A stretch of 64,000 bases of DNA from Zootoca vivipara (Eukaryota), in contig NC_083276.1 in assembly GCF_963506605.1 (NCBI RefSeq), positions 116,994,001-117,058,000 on the forward strand. Reading direction: 5' to 3'. Below are positions 37,385 through 50,675 of the stretch, piece by piece. The notes under the pieces were generated by a model. The model ran no database searches and was not told the origin of the DNA. It was given only the letters and a program-made list of their open reading frames with translations. A program made the position numbers and the translations under genes. Within the stretch, counting starts at the first letter, position 1; every line of letters begins with the position of its first letter.

Positions 37385-38390
37385 TAAAGGGATCATGGAA
37401 TGCATTAAAACCAATAGTTTCTTTTTCATTGTGAGACCTACCAACTGAAGCTTTTGGGTTCTAAAAACCATCCTCTCAATGGGTGGGTTGTTCATATTCC
37501 TATTCACAGCTCCCCAGAGAGATGAATTCAGGTTCTCTAAAGCCCAAGAGTAACAACACACGGTTCTGATGGACCACAGAACCACCACTAAGAGCTTGCC
37601 TACTTTACAAGCCGGTTCCGAGCCAGCAGTGAGCAGAAGTTAATGTATAAATAGTCAAACCACCAGTGTAGTACACTTCTGAGGTGCAGATCCCATGCAG
37701 CATCTACGCTGACAATAGAGAGATGGGCATCTGCCTAAGTGAGGTCTCATGCTGTGCAACTGTGCTGCAAATTACACCTGACTGAAGAGGGACAAATTTC
37801 CCCTCTTTGGCTTACCTTAGAAAACAATCCTTGTCTGCTCTCCCCTGTGGGAAAGATGAGATCTGACTCATCTTTTTTCTTCTATTGTAGTTTGCAGTTC
37901 GGTTCCAAATGTTTGTACAAATGCTTATCCCAGACCAATTCTTTGGGTGTTACTTGCATTCAAACAAAACCGCCCCATCTTTTTTATTATTATTTTATTT
38001 TGGGACAAGAGTGGATTCATCTTAAGAACTTTAACTGCACTGGGCTCAGGCGGACCAAGACACGTAGGTCATTGCTAGCCTGTCATTTAACTGACAGAAC
38101 AGCAGTAATGGAAGCTTAAGGTTGCCAGGGAAATGTAATCCGAATAGAGAAATCTGGTGTGTGACAACCTTTGCACAGAAACCGCACTGTTAAACCATCC
38201 CCATACTCTGTATGCCCAAAGATTCTGGGTTTATTGTTAGCTTATTCTTAATGTGTAATTAAGACAGCACCCCTGCTGTCTCAAAAAGGGGGGGCATACC
38301 ACCAAAAACAAAAGGGTGAAGTGGGGGAAAGGTCTGTAGAAAAAAACTGTCACCCACTGATCTTACCTTAGTCACCCTGGACCTTGGGCA

Positions 38391-38849
38391 TCCTATATAA
38401 TAAAGTACAAGTGTCTCTGCGTCCAGATTCCCTGTGTCCCGTTTTGTGCGCTAATGCGCATGTGCCCCAGGGACACAGGGACTGGACGCAGAGAAGACGC
38501 ACACACATGCACGTGCTCTTCCCCCCCGCCTCCTCCAACCGCCGCTCCCGGCCGGACACCGCCTCACTGCAGGGCACGTCAGGGAAGCGAGGGTGGAGGC
38601 CGGCGGAGGCCTCCTCCTCACAACCCTCCCTGGCCCGTGAGAGGAGCGGCGGGAGGCCGCGAAGCAGCGGCGGCGAGGTAGGCGTTTGTGTCCCGCGTCC
38701 TTCCTGTCGGCGGCTGGGGGAGAGGTTCCTGTTCCCCCTGCCGCCGACAGCAAGGACAGATCCCAGGGTTCCGAGAAGCGCTGCGCAAGCGCTTCTCCGA
38801 ACCCCGGGATGTTCTAGCGCCCGTTATTGAACGGGCTGAAATACACTAG
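38391..38849 (+). mobile_element. Non-autonomous Helitron (459 bp)
   Basis: Inserted between A38390 and T38850 with no TSD. 5' end TCCTATATAATAAA, subterminal hairpin GCCCGTT-ATTG-AACGGGC (38819-38836), 3' end CTAG. Confidence 0.88.
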
Positions 38850-40243
38850 TATTACATATTACATTAGACATAGTCTAATCCTACTGTGCCTGTACTAAAG
38901 GCAGAAAATTCCCACCAGCTTCTACAGAGCCACAATCCTTCTTTATTCTCCGACATGGCGTCTGAAGGAATTTCTGGGCATGTTGCCTGTGCACAAGTGT
39001 ATATGTGGTGGGGGGAGAAAACAAGGGCTATTGAGCCTATGGGAGTCCACTTGCAGGCACCGTGTCCGTGTTGGCACTGGATCCTTCCCCATCTATGGGA
39101 GCATCCAAACAAGTTGTCCTATTAGCGTGAAGTCAGGGCTTACTCTTCTTTCTGCCCTTGTGGTGTGTGGCCCAAATCTGCTCTGGAGTATTGGGTGGTG
39201 GTGGTAACACAGAACAGATGTGTGCAGGTGGAGGAATATGGGAAGAGAGGGCAAGACAGACCCCTGGCATAGGTAGATATTTCTTGTACAGTACTAAGGA
39301 GACAACTTAGTACAATTCAATCGGTGGAATTCACCATAGTGCTAAGTGGGGTATAAGTGTAGGGAACAGTTGTGGGNNNNNNNNNNNNNNNNNNNNNNNN
39401 NNNNNNNNNNNNNNNNNNNNNNNNNNNNNNNNNNNNNNNNNNNNNNNNNNNNNNNNNNNNNNNNNNNNNNNNNNNNNNNNNNNNNNNNNNNNNNNNNNNN
39501 NNNNNNNNNNNNNNNNNNNNNNNNNNNNNNNNNNNNNNNNNNNNNNNNNNNNNCACGCAATAAGACTCCCCACCCACCCACTACACCTGTTCTTAGTCCC
39601 CCCCCTCAAACTCCCAGAACATATTTAGAGGTATGGGGGGCTTGGGGGAGAGGAGAAGGGGCAACCTCTTTTGCACGAGTGGACCTCGTTCCGCTCACAC
39701 AGCAATGTAACTGAATCCCAACCTTTATAAACACACCATAATCAATCTTCAAACCACTCCTGGCTACTGTGCTCGTAAATTGCCTACCATCCATTTCATG
39801 GCAGAAAATTCATTATCGTGCCTCTTTTGAGAACTATGGTCAGATAGAAAAGTTGCCTTAATTAAGCAGAATCAGGGTCAGCAGCTCTTTGTCTACTGTA
39901 ACCGCACAAGACAAAAAATGATGAGCCCAAATTGCAGGTAAAAAGATTTAAACCGGACATGAATAAAGAGCCTTATGTCCATAAGAGTAGTGGTTGCAGC
40001 AGCAGAGGTTGGCTTAAAGGTGTGGCGATATCTCCATCCACACAGATCTTAAAGCCAAGGTTGAATAGTTGTCCCAGGAGGGTTGTGTGAGCAAAGTCAT
40101 TGAGTTGTTTCCTGCTTCATATCATACTGGAGTTCTGGGCACGATGCTATTTGAAATAAGATGCTTTGATATGATATCGTAACTTCTGATAAGGAGTTGT
40201 ACTTCGTAACTCGGCAGGATGTAGACCTGCTGATGGACCAGTC

Positions 40244-40379
40244 CAGGCATCCCCAAACTGCGGCCCGCCAGATGTTTTGGCCTACAACTCCCATGATCCC
40301 TAGCTAACAGGACCAGTGGTCAGGGAAGATGGGAACTGTAGTCCAAAACATCTGGAGGGCCGAAGTTTGGGGATGCCTG
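40244..40379. mobile_element. Palindromic 136-bp hAT MITE (same family)
   Basis: Same TIRs; 8-bp TSD GACCAGTC. Confidence 0.9.
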
Positions 40380-41182
40380 GACCAGTCTGTAAGAGCACTT
40401 TCTTGCCTAAGGACTTCTTTGGACTCTTTGGTCTTTTTAGGAAGGACCACATCTCATGTTCCATAGCTTATAAAGAAATTAGATCTTGCAGTGTGCCCAA
40501 TGTGCTCCATGTCATAGAGCATCTTTCTTATAGAGGTGCCTGCCAAGCAACTTCGCCAACCAATTTTTTAAAAAAATGATGGTGCAGTAAATTTCTAGAT
40601 AGCTCCTCCTGGTTTTTTTTAACCTTAGCTTCTTTTATTTTTATTTTGTGTTGTGTTATCACTTTGCATACTCCTATATCAAGGCAACCAATCGTTTTTT
40701 AAACACAAATAAATGTAGGTGGTAGGCAGAGATGACTATACAAATCATCCAGCACCTCTCCTTTTAGAAAGAAGGCACTGCAAAATTCAACTGAATTTAA
40801 CATTTACAGTATTTCAAAGGCCAGTGTCTGTTTAAGCTAATCAACAGCGCAAACTAGGTTTCTTCTGCATTTTCCTCCATTCATGACTTTGCACTTCAAT
40901 AATTTTTTTGCACACAGTTTTGCCGATGGCTCTGGCATTAGGGTGCTTCATAAAGATACAATGGCACTTTGTAAGCCTAGTCCTGCAAAATGCTTAGCTT
41001 TTTCCGATTTTGCAGATGTTGGAATAGATGCTAAAAGCCATTTATTTACCCAAAGCCAACCAGTAATAGCATGGATAAACTGGACCCAAATTTCCTAGGA
41101 CAAAACCCAACTATTTTTTAATGTACATTAGGCCCCAAGGCCCTTTTGTCAGTTAGTGGACACGCGAAAGCCAGCATTTAAA

Positions 41183-41198
41183 GATGATGATGATGATG

Positions 41199-41241
<43 letters not shown>
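41183..41241. repeat. Compound (GAT)n(AAT)n microsatellite
   Basis: Seen directly. (CAT)n also at ~11863-11893 and (TTA)n at ~13917-13943. Confidence 0.95.
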
Positions 41242-41244
<3 letters not shown>

Positions 41245-44200
41245 CTCATCATCGGGGAGAGGCAGAGCTGTAGAGCTACAAGTGTGGGAAAAAGGCCTCT
41301 CACAGTACACTTTGAAATCCAGTGCTACGCATTGCGCACTGCTCTGTGTTCTAGGCATAAGTGACAACTAGGGATGGGAGACAGTTTGCTTCTGTTCGCC
41401 TTTTAGTGCAATCCTGTTTAATTCATGCTTCCTGAAAAATATATACTAACAATACATGAACACATGAATTTTTGGATGTGGTTCTCCAAACAAAGAAAAA
41501 TGTGTGTATTAGGAGGAATGTGGATTGAAATGCTGACACGTTTCTGTGAGCACTTTTTATTTCTTTCTTTCTTTTCGAATTCACAAACTGTTGCAAAAAT
41601 CGTACCAAATCTGTACGAAAAGATGGAGGAAATGAGAAACAGAGAGAAAACAAAACTAGCAGATTCACCCATCTGCAGTGACGACAAGAGAGGAGAGGTT
41701 GAAAGATAAAAGGCCAACCATCCCCCCTTTCTCCACTTGGGATCCAGTAAAAGGAAAAGTGACAGCAAGTGTCTTTGATGTGCCACAGAAAGAGGAAGGA
41801 CGAGAGCTTTCTCCAAAATGTTTCTCCTGGGATGGCGTCAGGAAGATTGGTTTGGGGCTTGAAAGTCAAATGACGAAAAAGCTATGCCCCAGAAAGCTTT
41901 TTCTTCCTGCAAAATTTTGTGTGACCCTAGCGAGCCACCGGAGTCTAGATGTTCAAGGTGCGAGTGACAAATGTGTTTTGAAGGAAAACTTTGGGAAGAG
42001 ATGCTGAACTTGTAACCCCTCAACAATGAACCGGGTGAAAGAAATCTCGACTGAAGTAGGTAGTGACAAAGATTCACAATTACCTCCTTGCCTTCTTTTC
42101 TCGGCTGAAATAAAAAGTAGCTGCTAGGAGAAGATTAGTCAATAAAGCAGGGAGAGAAGGTGCTTGTGGCCTGGGAGAACACAAAAAGATCTGGTGCTCC
42201 GATTCTGTTATGGACTCAATGTTTTTCCAACTGAGAAAGCCTGAATATTGTGGGGCAGACTTGGGAGAATGGAAGAGGACAACAGTTAGGAAATGGATTT
42301 GAACCACTTGGATACGCAAGACCTTTCCTCTGAAGCAAGGAGTGCAAAAGGGCAATTCAAGCCTGCAAACTTGGACCAACTGTCTCCTTCAACCACACCA
42401 CCTCAAGATTTTCAGCACACTGTTTCTATGCAAGCACCCCTTTAGAGAGATTGAACTGAATGTTACATTGTAGGGGGGGAACTTTGTCTAGAAGACTTCT
42501 TCCTAGAATAGCTAGGGTTGCCATATTTCAGAAAGTAAAAACCAGGACGCCCGGAAAGTTGTTTTTTAAGGAAAATCCGAAAGTAGTTGAGCTTTTTCAA
42601 TTGACTTGCCTAAGAGCCAGGACAAATTGTCACATTTCAGAAACACCCCCCGGACGTTATTTCTGCCTTTGGAATCCCGGTAATGTCCGAGAAAATCTGG
42701 ATGTATGGCAAACTCCACCCTAAAACATCAGCTTTACACATAGGATAAGCTTTCATATATGTGGCTGCCCCAACTCCTGATTCGGAAATGGTATAGTATG
42801 ATGTCACTCTTTGCAGATTTTAAATACCCTTCCGCCTACGAAAATAATAGCTCTCTTACAGAGCGCTACAGCAGAATGCATGTTACCCTTTGAATCTATT
42901 TTCACTTAGTCTTGACCTAAAGCCTAGCCTAGCCTACTATCCTTTCGGAGATGGCTGCGATGTGAGCCAAGGCATTGTTGGCCCAAGGTTTTCATTGCAA
43001 GGGAGAAACATACTTGACACACACACACCTGAAGCACATGGAACTTGTACACTCTGCACTGCAAGCATCTTATGAAGTTTATGCCAGGCCACGCAGTACG
43101 TTTTCTGCCCACGTGAAGAGTCTCAAGGTTGCTTGGGTACATGCAGAAACAGCACATGCTAACCGTATCTATGACAGTGGAGTTAGCAAAAGTTCCTATA
43201 TTTGCAGCTAATTTTTTTTTTTTTGGGGGGGGAGGATTGCTGCTACGGTAACAAAGCTGACGACAGCTATGAGCCACCAGTTCGCATGGCATGTTCCTCC
43301 ATGGAAGCACAGAACTAGGAAAATTAAGAGCCCACCTTCGCACCCAAGTGAAAGGACTGCGCAAACTAGCTTTATGATGAAAAAAGCAGAGCAAGTGTTC
43401 TGACTCCAGTTTACACAGCTGTGCTAGGAGTTCTGCACAGAAACCCGTCTCTCCTGGACGGAAGTCTATAGTCCCTTGTTAAGCTCTGATGAGCCCTATC
43501 CTTCCGTCCTCCGAGTTTACAGAATTCCACCTTCTTTTACGTTTTGCATAACTGCGCATCTCTGCAGGTTTGCTAGATGTGTATTACTAATCTCGTGTTG
43601 AGGGAATAACAGAGGCAAAAAATACATGGTTTTTTTGTTTTGTTTTTAAAGGGAATGGGTAAGAAAGGTGCTCATTTAGAAACGGCAAGGCTCACAACTG
43701 TCAAATGCAAAATTGCGTAATTCTCAGAAGAGACGTAACACAAGGTGAGGGTGTGTGTGGTGGTAGTGGGAATCAAGTGTGTGGCAGGGAACCAAACCAT
43801 GGTTACAGAACCTGAGAGACAGGAAGCAACTGCTAACAAACAAATGCACAAAGACGTTCAGTTTTATTTCTGATTCAGAAGCACTGAAGGGGGACGCCTC
43901 GCCAAATGTAACCCGTTTGTCCTGTTAATCAGCACTGATCGAGGTGGAAAGGGCATAATTTTGCCAAAATAGATGCAACCCGACTTTGGAACCTATATGT
44001 TGGATTATGGATTTTTCCAACAGTGTCACAACGGTTTACCCAGTTGATTACATAATGCTCCCGGGAGAATTTAAACTATTTTCCTTAAGCAGCAGCTCTA
44101 GACTTAAGAGAATACACAAGTTCAGGGATTCCCTCTAATGACAATGAACGATGAAGTGTAATTAGTAATATTTTTTGAAAGCCCACAATTTAGGGCTTTC

Positions 44201-45279
44201 TCCTTAAAGAAAGGTACATTTTTAGTTTCAAACTATCACAAATTACTATATTTTTCTTACAATAGAGCTGAACTTTTATTTAAGGTGCTCTGTTTCTGAA
44301 AGGCAGACATGATGGATTGAAATAAAAGATAATTTATTGCAATGCTTACTTTCAAGTGCAGGGAGAAGCAGTGTAATTGTAATTTACAGTAGCTGTCAAA
44401 GAAAATCTATCACAGATGACATTAAAATGACTTATTTTGCCTGAGCCACTTATTGTTTAAATGTGCATAATCTGATAGAAACAGATTTCCTTTTTAAAAG
44501 TCTGCCTTTGTATTGTTCTAAGTTAATATCAAAACATATATTTATAAGTTAAAACATTTTAAAACCATTTATTGATACTCTTATCTCGGTAATTTTAACT
44601 ACAAGTTTGAAATTGGCTTGATTTAACTACAACTATGTTTGCATTCATTTGTTTAGATCTAAGTAACGACTTCCAGGGAACATGCCTCGCTGCTATAGAA
44701 ACTGTAACTTACAGAGTTTTTTTTAACAGAAAACTCGCAGAAGGTGTACATAAAGATCATTCAAATCCAGTCATTACACTTCATCTGAATTCTGGTGGTC
44801 AACTTAAATGGATGGAATAAAAGTAGGTTAGTAATTGCCTAGTCAAAGGAAACCAATCTGCTAAATAATTTTTGTAAATATATCCAATTTCTCGGAAAAG
44901 ACTTCCTATAAGATATGCTACAGTTCTTTAAGTTCTGGTCCCAGAATTGAAGAACATTCTGGATTACAGGATCCATTCAAATGCAACCAATGTATTAACA
45001 TAATGTGTTTTCTATGGAATTTCAAAATACACGCTGCAAGCATGCTATGCACATTTGTGGAAAGAAGGACACGCATTCAAATCTTGATAGGTCTCTCCTA
45101 TAATGCCGGCAAGAACGAAATCAATATATTTCCCCCACCAAACTCTCATCTTGTTTACATGAATCTACAGTGACAAAACCTACATATGCAACATTGCAAT
45201 AGGTCAGGAAAAAGCCTTGGTTGAGCAAAAACCAGCCTTTTTAAAACAGACAATAGGTAGGAGCCTAGATGATCGGGGG

Positions 45280-46620
45280 GGGGGGGGTCTGTTATTCTGG
45301 ATGTGATTGTGACTACGGACCAATCCAAATTAATTTGCTTTTCAACTGAGCTTTGCATACGCATTTACATGCGGTGAAACACTGACCTCTGTATCAACAT
45401 ATTGAGAGGAGGGGAAAGGAAAAAAGGAGAGAGAGAGAGAGAGAGAGAGGCCAATGTCACTTTCAATTCCGCTCTTCTTCTCTTTATCCTTAAAAAAAAA
45501 AATTCAGCTAGACTTAATGCAGTGAATCTAATGAAATGCATTACCCTGCAAGGAGATTTTACCAGATTTCTTCCAAGTGAATGCTGCTACTTTTGCTAGC
45601 ACTGGCTGGAGTTCACCTGCGTGTTTGTGTGGCGTGTGGCTCTCTTTTTGTAAAGAGTTAAGTCGTACACAAAAAAAAGGGGAACAAAGGNNNNNNNNNN
45701 NNNNNNNNNNNNNNNNNNNNNNNNNNNNNNNNNNNNNNNNNNNNNNNNNNNNNNNNNNNNNNNNNNNNNNNNNNNNNNNNNNNNNNNNNNNNNNNNNNNN
45801 NNNNNNNNNNNNNNNNNNNNNNNNNNNNNNNNNNNNNNNNNNNNNNNNNNNNNNNNNNNNNNGCCACGGACAGTACATTTATGTTAGCGGTAAAAGGCCT
45901 AGATGCTCTTTCCATAGCAGAGCTAATTATTCCCACTGTGACCTTCCTGATCTACCCTATTCCTAGTACATCTCATCTNNNNNNNNNNNNNNNNNNNNNN
46001 NNNNNNNNNNNNNNNNNNNNNNNNNNNNNNNNNNNNNNNNNNNNNNNNNNNNNNNNNNNNNNNNNNNNNNNNNNNNNNNNNNNNNNNNNNNNNNNNNNNN
46101 NNNNNNNNNNNNNNNNNNNNNNNNNNNNNNNNNNNNNNNNNNNNNNNNNNNGGGAAAAAAGGAACGAGAGCCACAAAGGAAAATTACTTTAACAAGAAAG
46201 TACAGAGAGTAAAAATGGAAGAAGAGACAAAAAAAATGGGGGGTGGGGGGGTGGAAGAGGGGGGGAAGTAAGCAGGGAGGGGGAAAAAAGTTTAAAAAAT
46301 AGATCTGGTAGGGAGGAATAGCAAGACAGGGAGAACAACAGCAATGNNNNNNNNNNNNNNNNNNNNNNNNNNNNNNNNNNNNNNNNNNNNNNNNNNNNNN
46401 NNNNNNNNNNNNNNNNNNNNNNNNNNNNNNNNNNNNNNNNNNNNNNNNNNNNNNNNNNNNNNNNNNNNNNNNNNNNNNNNNNNNNNNNNNNNNNNNNNNN
46501 NNNNNNNNNNNNNNNNNNNNNNNNNNNNNNNNNNNNNNNNNNNNNNNNNNNGCTTGAATAAGAATCTCGTCTTCTGTGCCCCCTTCGACTCGAGAATAAA
46601 TTTTGTTAAAATGCAAGAGC
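45280..46620. promoter_or_regulatory. Probable URE2 Dlx1/2 enhancer region in METAP1D intron 6 (three N-runs)
   Basis: URE2 lies in a Metap1d intron upstream of Dlx1 in mammals. Here three N-runs with TAAT-rich unique flanks lie 1.2-2.1 kb 3' of exon 6. Positional inference only. Confidence 0.5.
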
Positions 46621-47797
46621 ACCACCAGTAAATTTGTTGAACCCTAGGTGTTCAAAAATATGGAGTTGCATCCATCGACTCATCCCATTTGCAAAAATAA
46701 AACTACATTTTGAATTCACTTCTATTACATTCATGGACAGTAAGATAGTGAGATATGCATTAAATTTCTTTTCCCAGTAGGGGTCTGATTCAACATTTCC
46801 TATGAAAGAACAGATAGACACTATCCTTTTTCCCCAGGCTAGTTAGCCTATAATTTAAAACTGTCAAAAACACAATTTTATACAAAGTCTTCAATAAAAG
46901 CTTCTCGGATATAACCCAAAGTGGTTTTACTAAAGTTTGATTCAGACTCTGTTACAATATTTTTAAAGCTATAAATACATCAAACTGATATTTTCCTGCT
47001 CTCTTTTCTTATTTCTCTTAAAGTATTTGAAGATTCATACAGAGGGGGTGGGGGTGGGGGAGGGAGGGAGGGAAGACAGCCTCTTTTCAGGATTCTGAGC
47101 AATGCGTGTTTTTGTAGGCATCGAGATTCATGCAATTTCTTCCCGATAGCATTAACATATTAATGAAAGGGCATTAAGGCGCAACATTTAAAAGAAAAAA
47201 AAAAGTGTGTGCAAATAGCAAAAGGATCAAATAATACGTTTTAATAAACCAGAACATGATGGACCATTGGTTTTATCATATTGTTCCAGGATCAAAGCCT
47301 AGGGACCTAAAGGGAGCTCCCTTGCATTTAAATCTGCATTTTGTTATAAAAGGGGAAGGGTTCATAGTACTGAATAATTCTGACAACCTTTAGCAGTTCT
47401 TTGTGGCATTGATAAAAAAAAGTCCTTGCTGGCATTATTCATCAGGCAACAGACAGGTGAACACAACGCTCCCCCCATCTCCAATATGATTTTATTAAGG
47501 TAGTCAAAGCAGCTACCAATCATGATTCATACCTGCAAAGGTAAGGAGCCAGCCAGTCTTAGAAATGTATTTGGCTTTTCCTACAGGGCTATATCCACTG
47601 ACCCTGTCTAGTGTAATTCACTTTTAAAAATCCTTTCTTACCCAGGGAACAACATTACAGCCTGGCAGTTCACATAGTGATATCAGACTGAAATGATGGT
47701 TCTGAATCATAAAACATGTCATCAGCTTTATACCAAACCACCAATAACCTTTGTCCCGCTTGCCAGCCTTCCCTTTACTTGTCACTATAAGGCTTAC

Positions 47798-47961
47798 CTG
47801 ATTGTGTTTCCAATTACAGAGAAAGGAGCCCCAGGTCTGCAAGCTGCAATTGCTTCATCTCTACATTTCCTGGCAACCTCCACTAACTTTTGACCAGACT
47901 CATCCACGTTGCCCACTAGAATTGTTTCGGAAGTGTCACCATGGTAGCCATTGAAGTACAC
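47798..47961 (-). CDS. METAP1D: METAP1D exon 6 (164 nt)
   Basis: CTTAG|GTG...AG|GTAAGC. Encodes VYFNGYHGDTSETILVGNVDESGQKLVEVARKCRDEAIAACRPGAPFSVIGNTI(S). Not captured by the ORF track. Confidence 0.96.
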
Positions 47962-49496
47962 CTAAGCACATGCAGAAATGTAAAAGAGGCATTTGCATTT
48001 TGCAGTCAGGTGCCAGGACTTTCTTGGGTTTCTTTCGCAATGCATTTAAGATGCAAATAAAATAAAACAATTGAAATGCAGCAAGTGGAACAGAAAATTG
48101 GGTGGTGGAAGGGAGTTAGTTCTCGTCCGTCTGTTAGCTGTGATCACTCATGATAATGAGAAGGCCGTCACTGTCAAACATCATCTCGGGCGCAGGTTTT
48201 CTTCACAAACACAAGCTAGGAAATTAAAGGCTGTGAATTTCAGGCTACGGTCCTGCACAGAATTAGGCTATTCAAATCTCATTGGTCAACGGGATTTTAG
48301 TGGCCTTAACAGTGATAAGTAAACTAATGAGGAACATGGAAGCCAAGGCTGGAAAAACTAAAAACAATGTGTCACAAATTATCCTCATGAGAACGAAATG
48401 CAAAGGTTGGCACAATCTGTTGGATGAGTCAGAATTGGGATTTAGGCCTAAAGACCATCCTTCTGTGGACACACTGAGAGGCTACTTATTAGAAATAAAA
48501 TTAAATCTCATCTTGCGCTGAACATCCTCTCCCCTTCTTTCCTGCAACAGATTCGATCATGTAGGGCATGAGATGAGATATGGATGAGACCGTAAGGCCA
48601 ACATAGGATTCTTGAGGTTTACAATGTATGTCACATCTATAGATTAGACAGCTCCATATCTGGAATTTAGGATTTACATAAATCCTATATTTATGCAAAC
48701 ATCTATAACTTCAGCAGCTGGGACATCTTGAGTTGCCACATTTGAAAACAGTTCTGTTACAGTGCTTTTTATTTTATTTTTTGCATCTTACTGGGTTTTC
48801 AAAAAGAAAATAAGGCAGAAGACTAGCAATGGCGGACGTGTACACAGTATAAATGAAATGCTCTCTGGGTGCCTCCAAACTGTCTGTATTTTTCAGGAGA
48901 GATTCATGTGCTTTCTAGAACTTCAGGTTTGCACAATTAAAGTGGACTTACGAGCTCTGTTGCCCTAGTGCAACAAACCCGATTTTTTTTGCAGTTTGGA
49001 ATGTGATGGGGAAATGCATTGAAAAGTGTGGGAATGAATGGATGTTTTAACAGAAAGCCATGTAAATACCCCACAAGCGAATCAGGATGAATGCCCATTG
49101 CTATATAACAGCCCCAATAACAAAACAGAATGGATCTACCATATATTTTGGAAAGTTGCTATTTTTCTCTGTTTGCTCTGCGGCTTAAGGTATCGTAATC
49201 TAATTTTGTATGATGGTTCCCAAGTTCAAGGAGCAGGTTTTCGTTTATGAATCAAAATGGCAGGCTGCCCCTTTCAGAACTGCACTGATTTTAAAACTGC
49301 ACTGGTGGTTTTTGTTTGTTTGTTTCCTAGAATTTCTGAGCAATGCTGGGCACAAGGCTAATACTGCTCAATAAAGACCAGACATAGCCTAACCACTGTG
49401 TAACCTTTGTGGTAGCAGATCAGGATAAATGCTGATTAAACTGGTTATCTGGAGGTACATCAGAGAAACAAAAGTCTTCGCTTTGTCACTATATGG

Positions 49497-49728
49497 CAGG
49501 GGTGGCCAACTCCCAAGAGAGTTAAAAACTGGCAATGATCTACCCCCTTTTGGGGGGTTCAGGTCAAAGTTGTTGAGTTTTTTCAGGGAGGAGGTAAAAT
49601 GTTGAGCTTTTTTAAGGGGAGCCACAGTTGATCAGCTTCTTTGGGGGGAGCCAATAATCTACCAGTGATCTACTGCAGGCGTCCAGTGATCTACTGATAG
49701 ATCACGATCTACCTGTTGGACATGCCTG
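49497..49728. mobile_element. hAT MITE
   Basis: CAGGGGTGGCCAAC...GTTGGACATGCCTG; 8-bp TSD CTA(T/C)ATGG. Confidence 0.8.
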
Positions 49729-49832
49729 CTACATGGTATTACGCAGCTCGGATTTTATCAGCAGCTAACATTTATTAAATAGTTTCCAACTAGAGTACTT
49801 TACGGTATAGATTTCTCAGCTGACAACATCTC

Positions 49833-50208
49833 TGTTATGTACTGAGCTGAATCCTAGAACAATAGGATTCAGAATCAGCGGGAGCTACCCAATCCAACTC
49901 CAGGTGGAAGTGAATCCGCAACCTGATTGGCCTGCTGGAGCAGCCAATCAGGCGGCGGGCAGAAGTGAATCTGCTACCTGATTGGCCTGTAGGAGCAGCC
50001 AATCAGGCTGCAGGCAAAAGTCAATCCACAATATAATTGGCCCACAGGTGTAGCCCTGAAGTAGCCAATCACGCAAGGCCCATTGTGTAAATAATGTATA
50101 TAAGCAGATGGTTTTGGGAAAAGAGCCATTCGTCTTCTCTTCTCCTCCTTGATGACTATGAGCTGAATAAAGAGCATGAAATTCACTCTTGACTCCGAGT
50201 ATATTTCA
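49833..50208 (+). mobile_element. Solo LTR (376 bp)
   Basis: TG...CA termini, 5-bp TSD ATCTC, repeated CCAAT units, TATATAA at 50097, AATAAA at 50166. Confidence 0.88.
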
Positions 50209-50675
50209 ATCTCCAATTTTAGAATGGTAGAGTCTTAATATCTGCTGTTTAAGAACTATGCACAATAAGGTACACAAGAGACATAAATAAAATCTATGTA
50301 AGAAACATTATTTTAATAAGATAGAGCTTGCCAAAATGTTTCTTATTAAGTTTAAAGGGAAACACCTGGGACTAATCCTGCACAAAGCCTGAAAGAGTCA
50401 GTGTCTGTTTTCATAGAAATAGGTCCCATTGTACATAATAAAACTTTCCCCCAAGGAAACACACATCAGGGCATAACTGCGCCTACTCACTAAAGAGTGT
50501 GTGATAGACATGTTACAAAGAAAGTTTAGGTGAAATCCAGATTGTTTTTGGCACATCATCTCCCACCCAATTGAATGTGATTTATAGCCTGAGGCATGTT
50601 CATTCAGAAAACAAAATTCCACCACATTAAATGATAGTTGTTTCCACTTATGCTTTGAGTCATGCTGTCTAATCC

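Noticed and set aside
41425-42379. Cluster of 80-150-aa ORFs as a possible processed pseudogene
   Set aside because: No recognisable domain, poly(A) tail or TSD.
45979-46151. N-run with a pyrimidine-rich flank as a hidden METAP1D exon
   Set aside because: Exon 6 was found intact at 47798-47961 and joins exon 7 in frame; no exon is missing.
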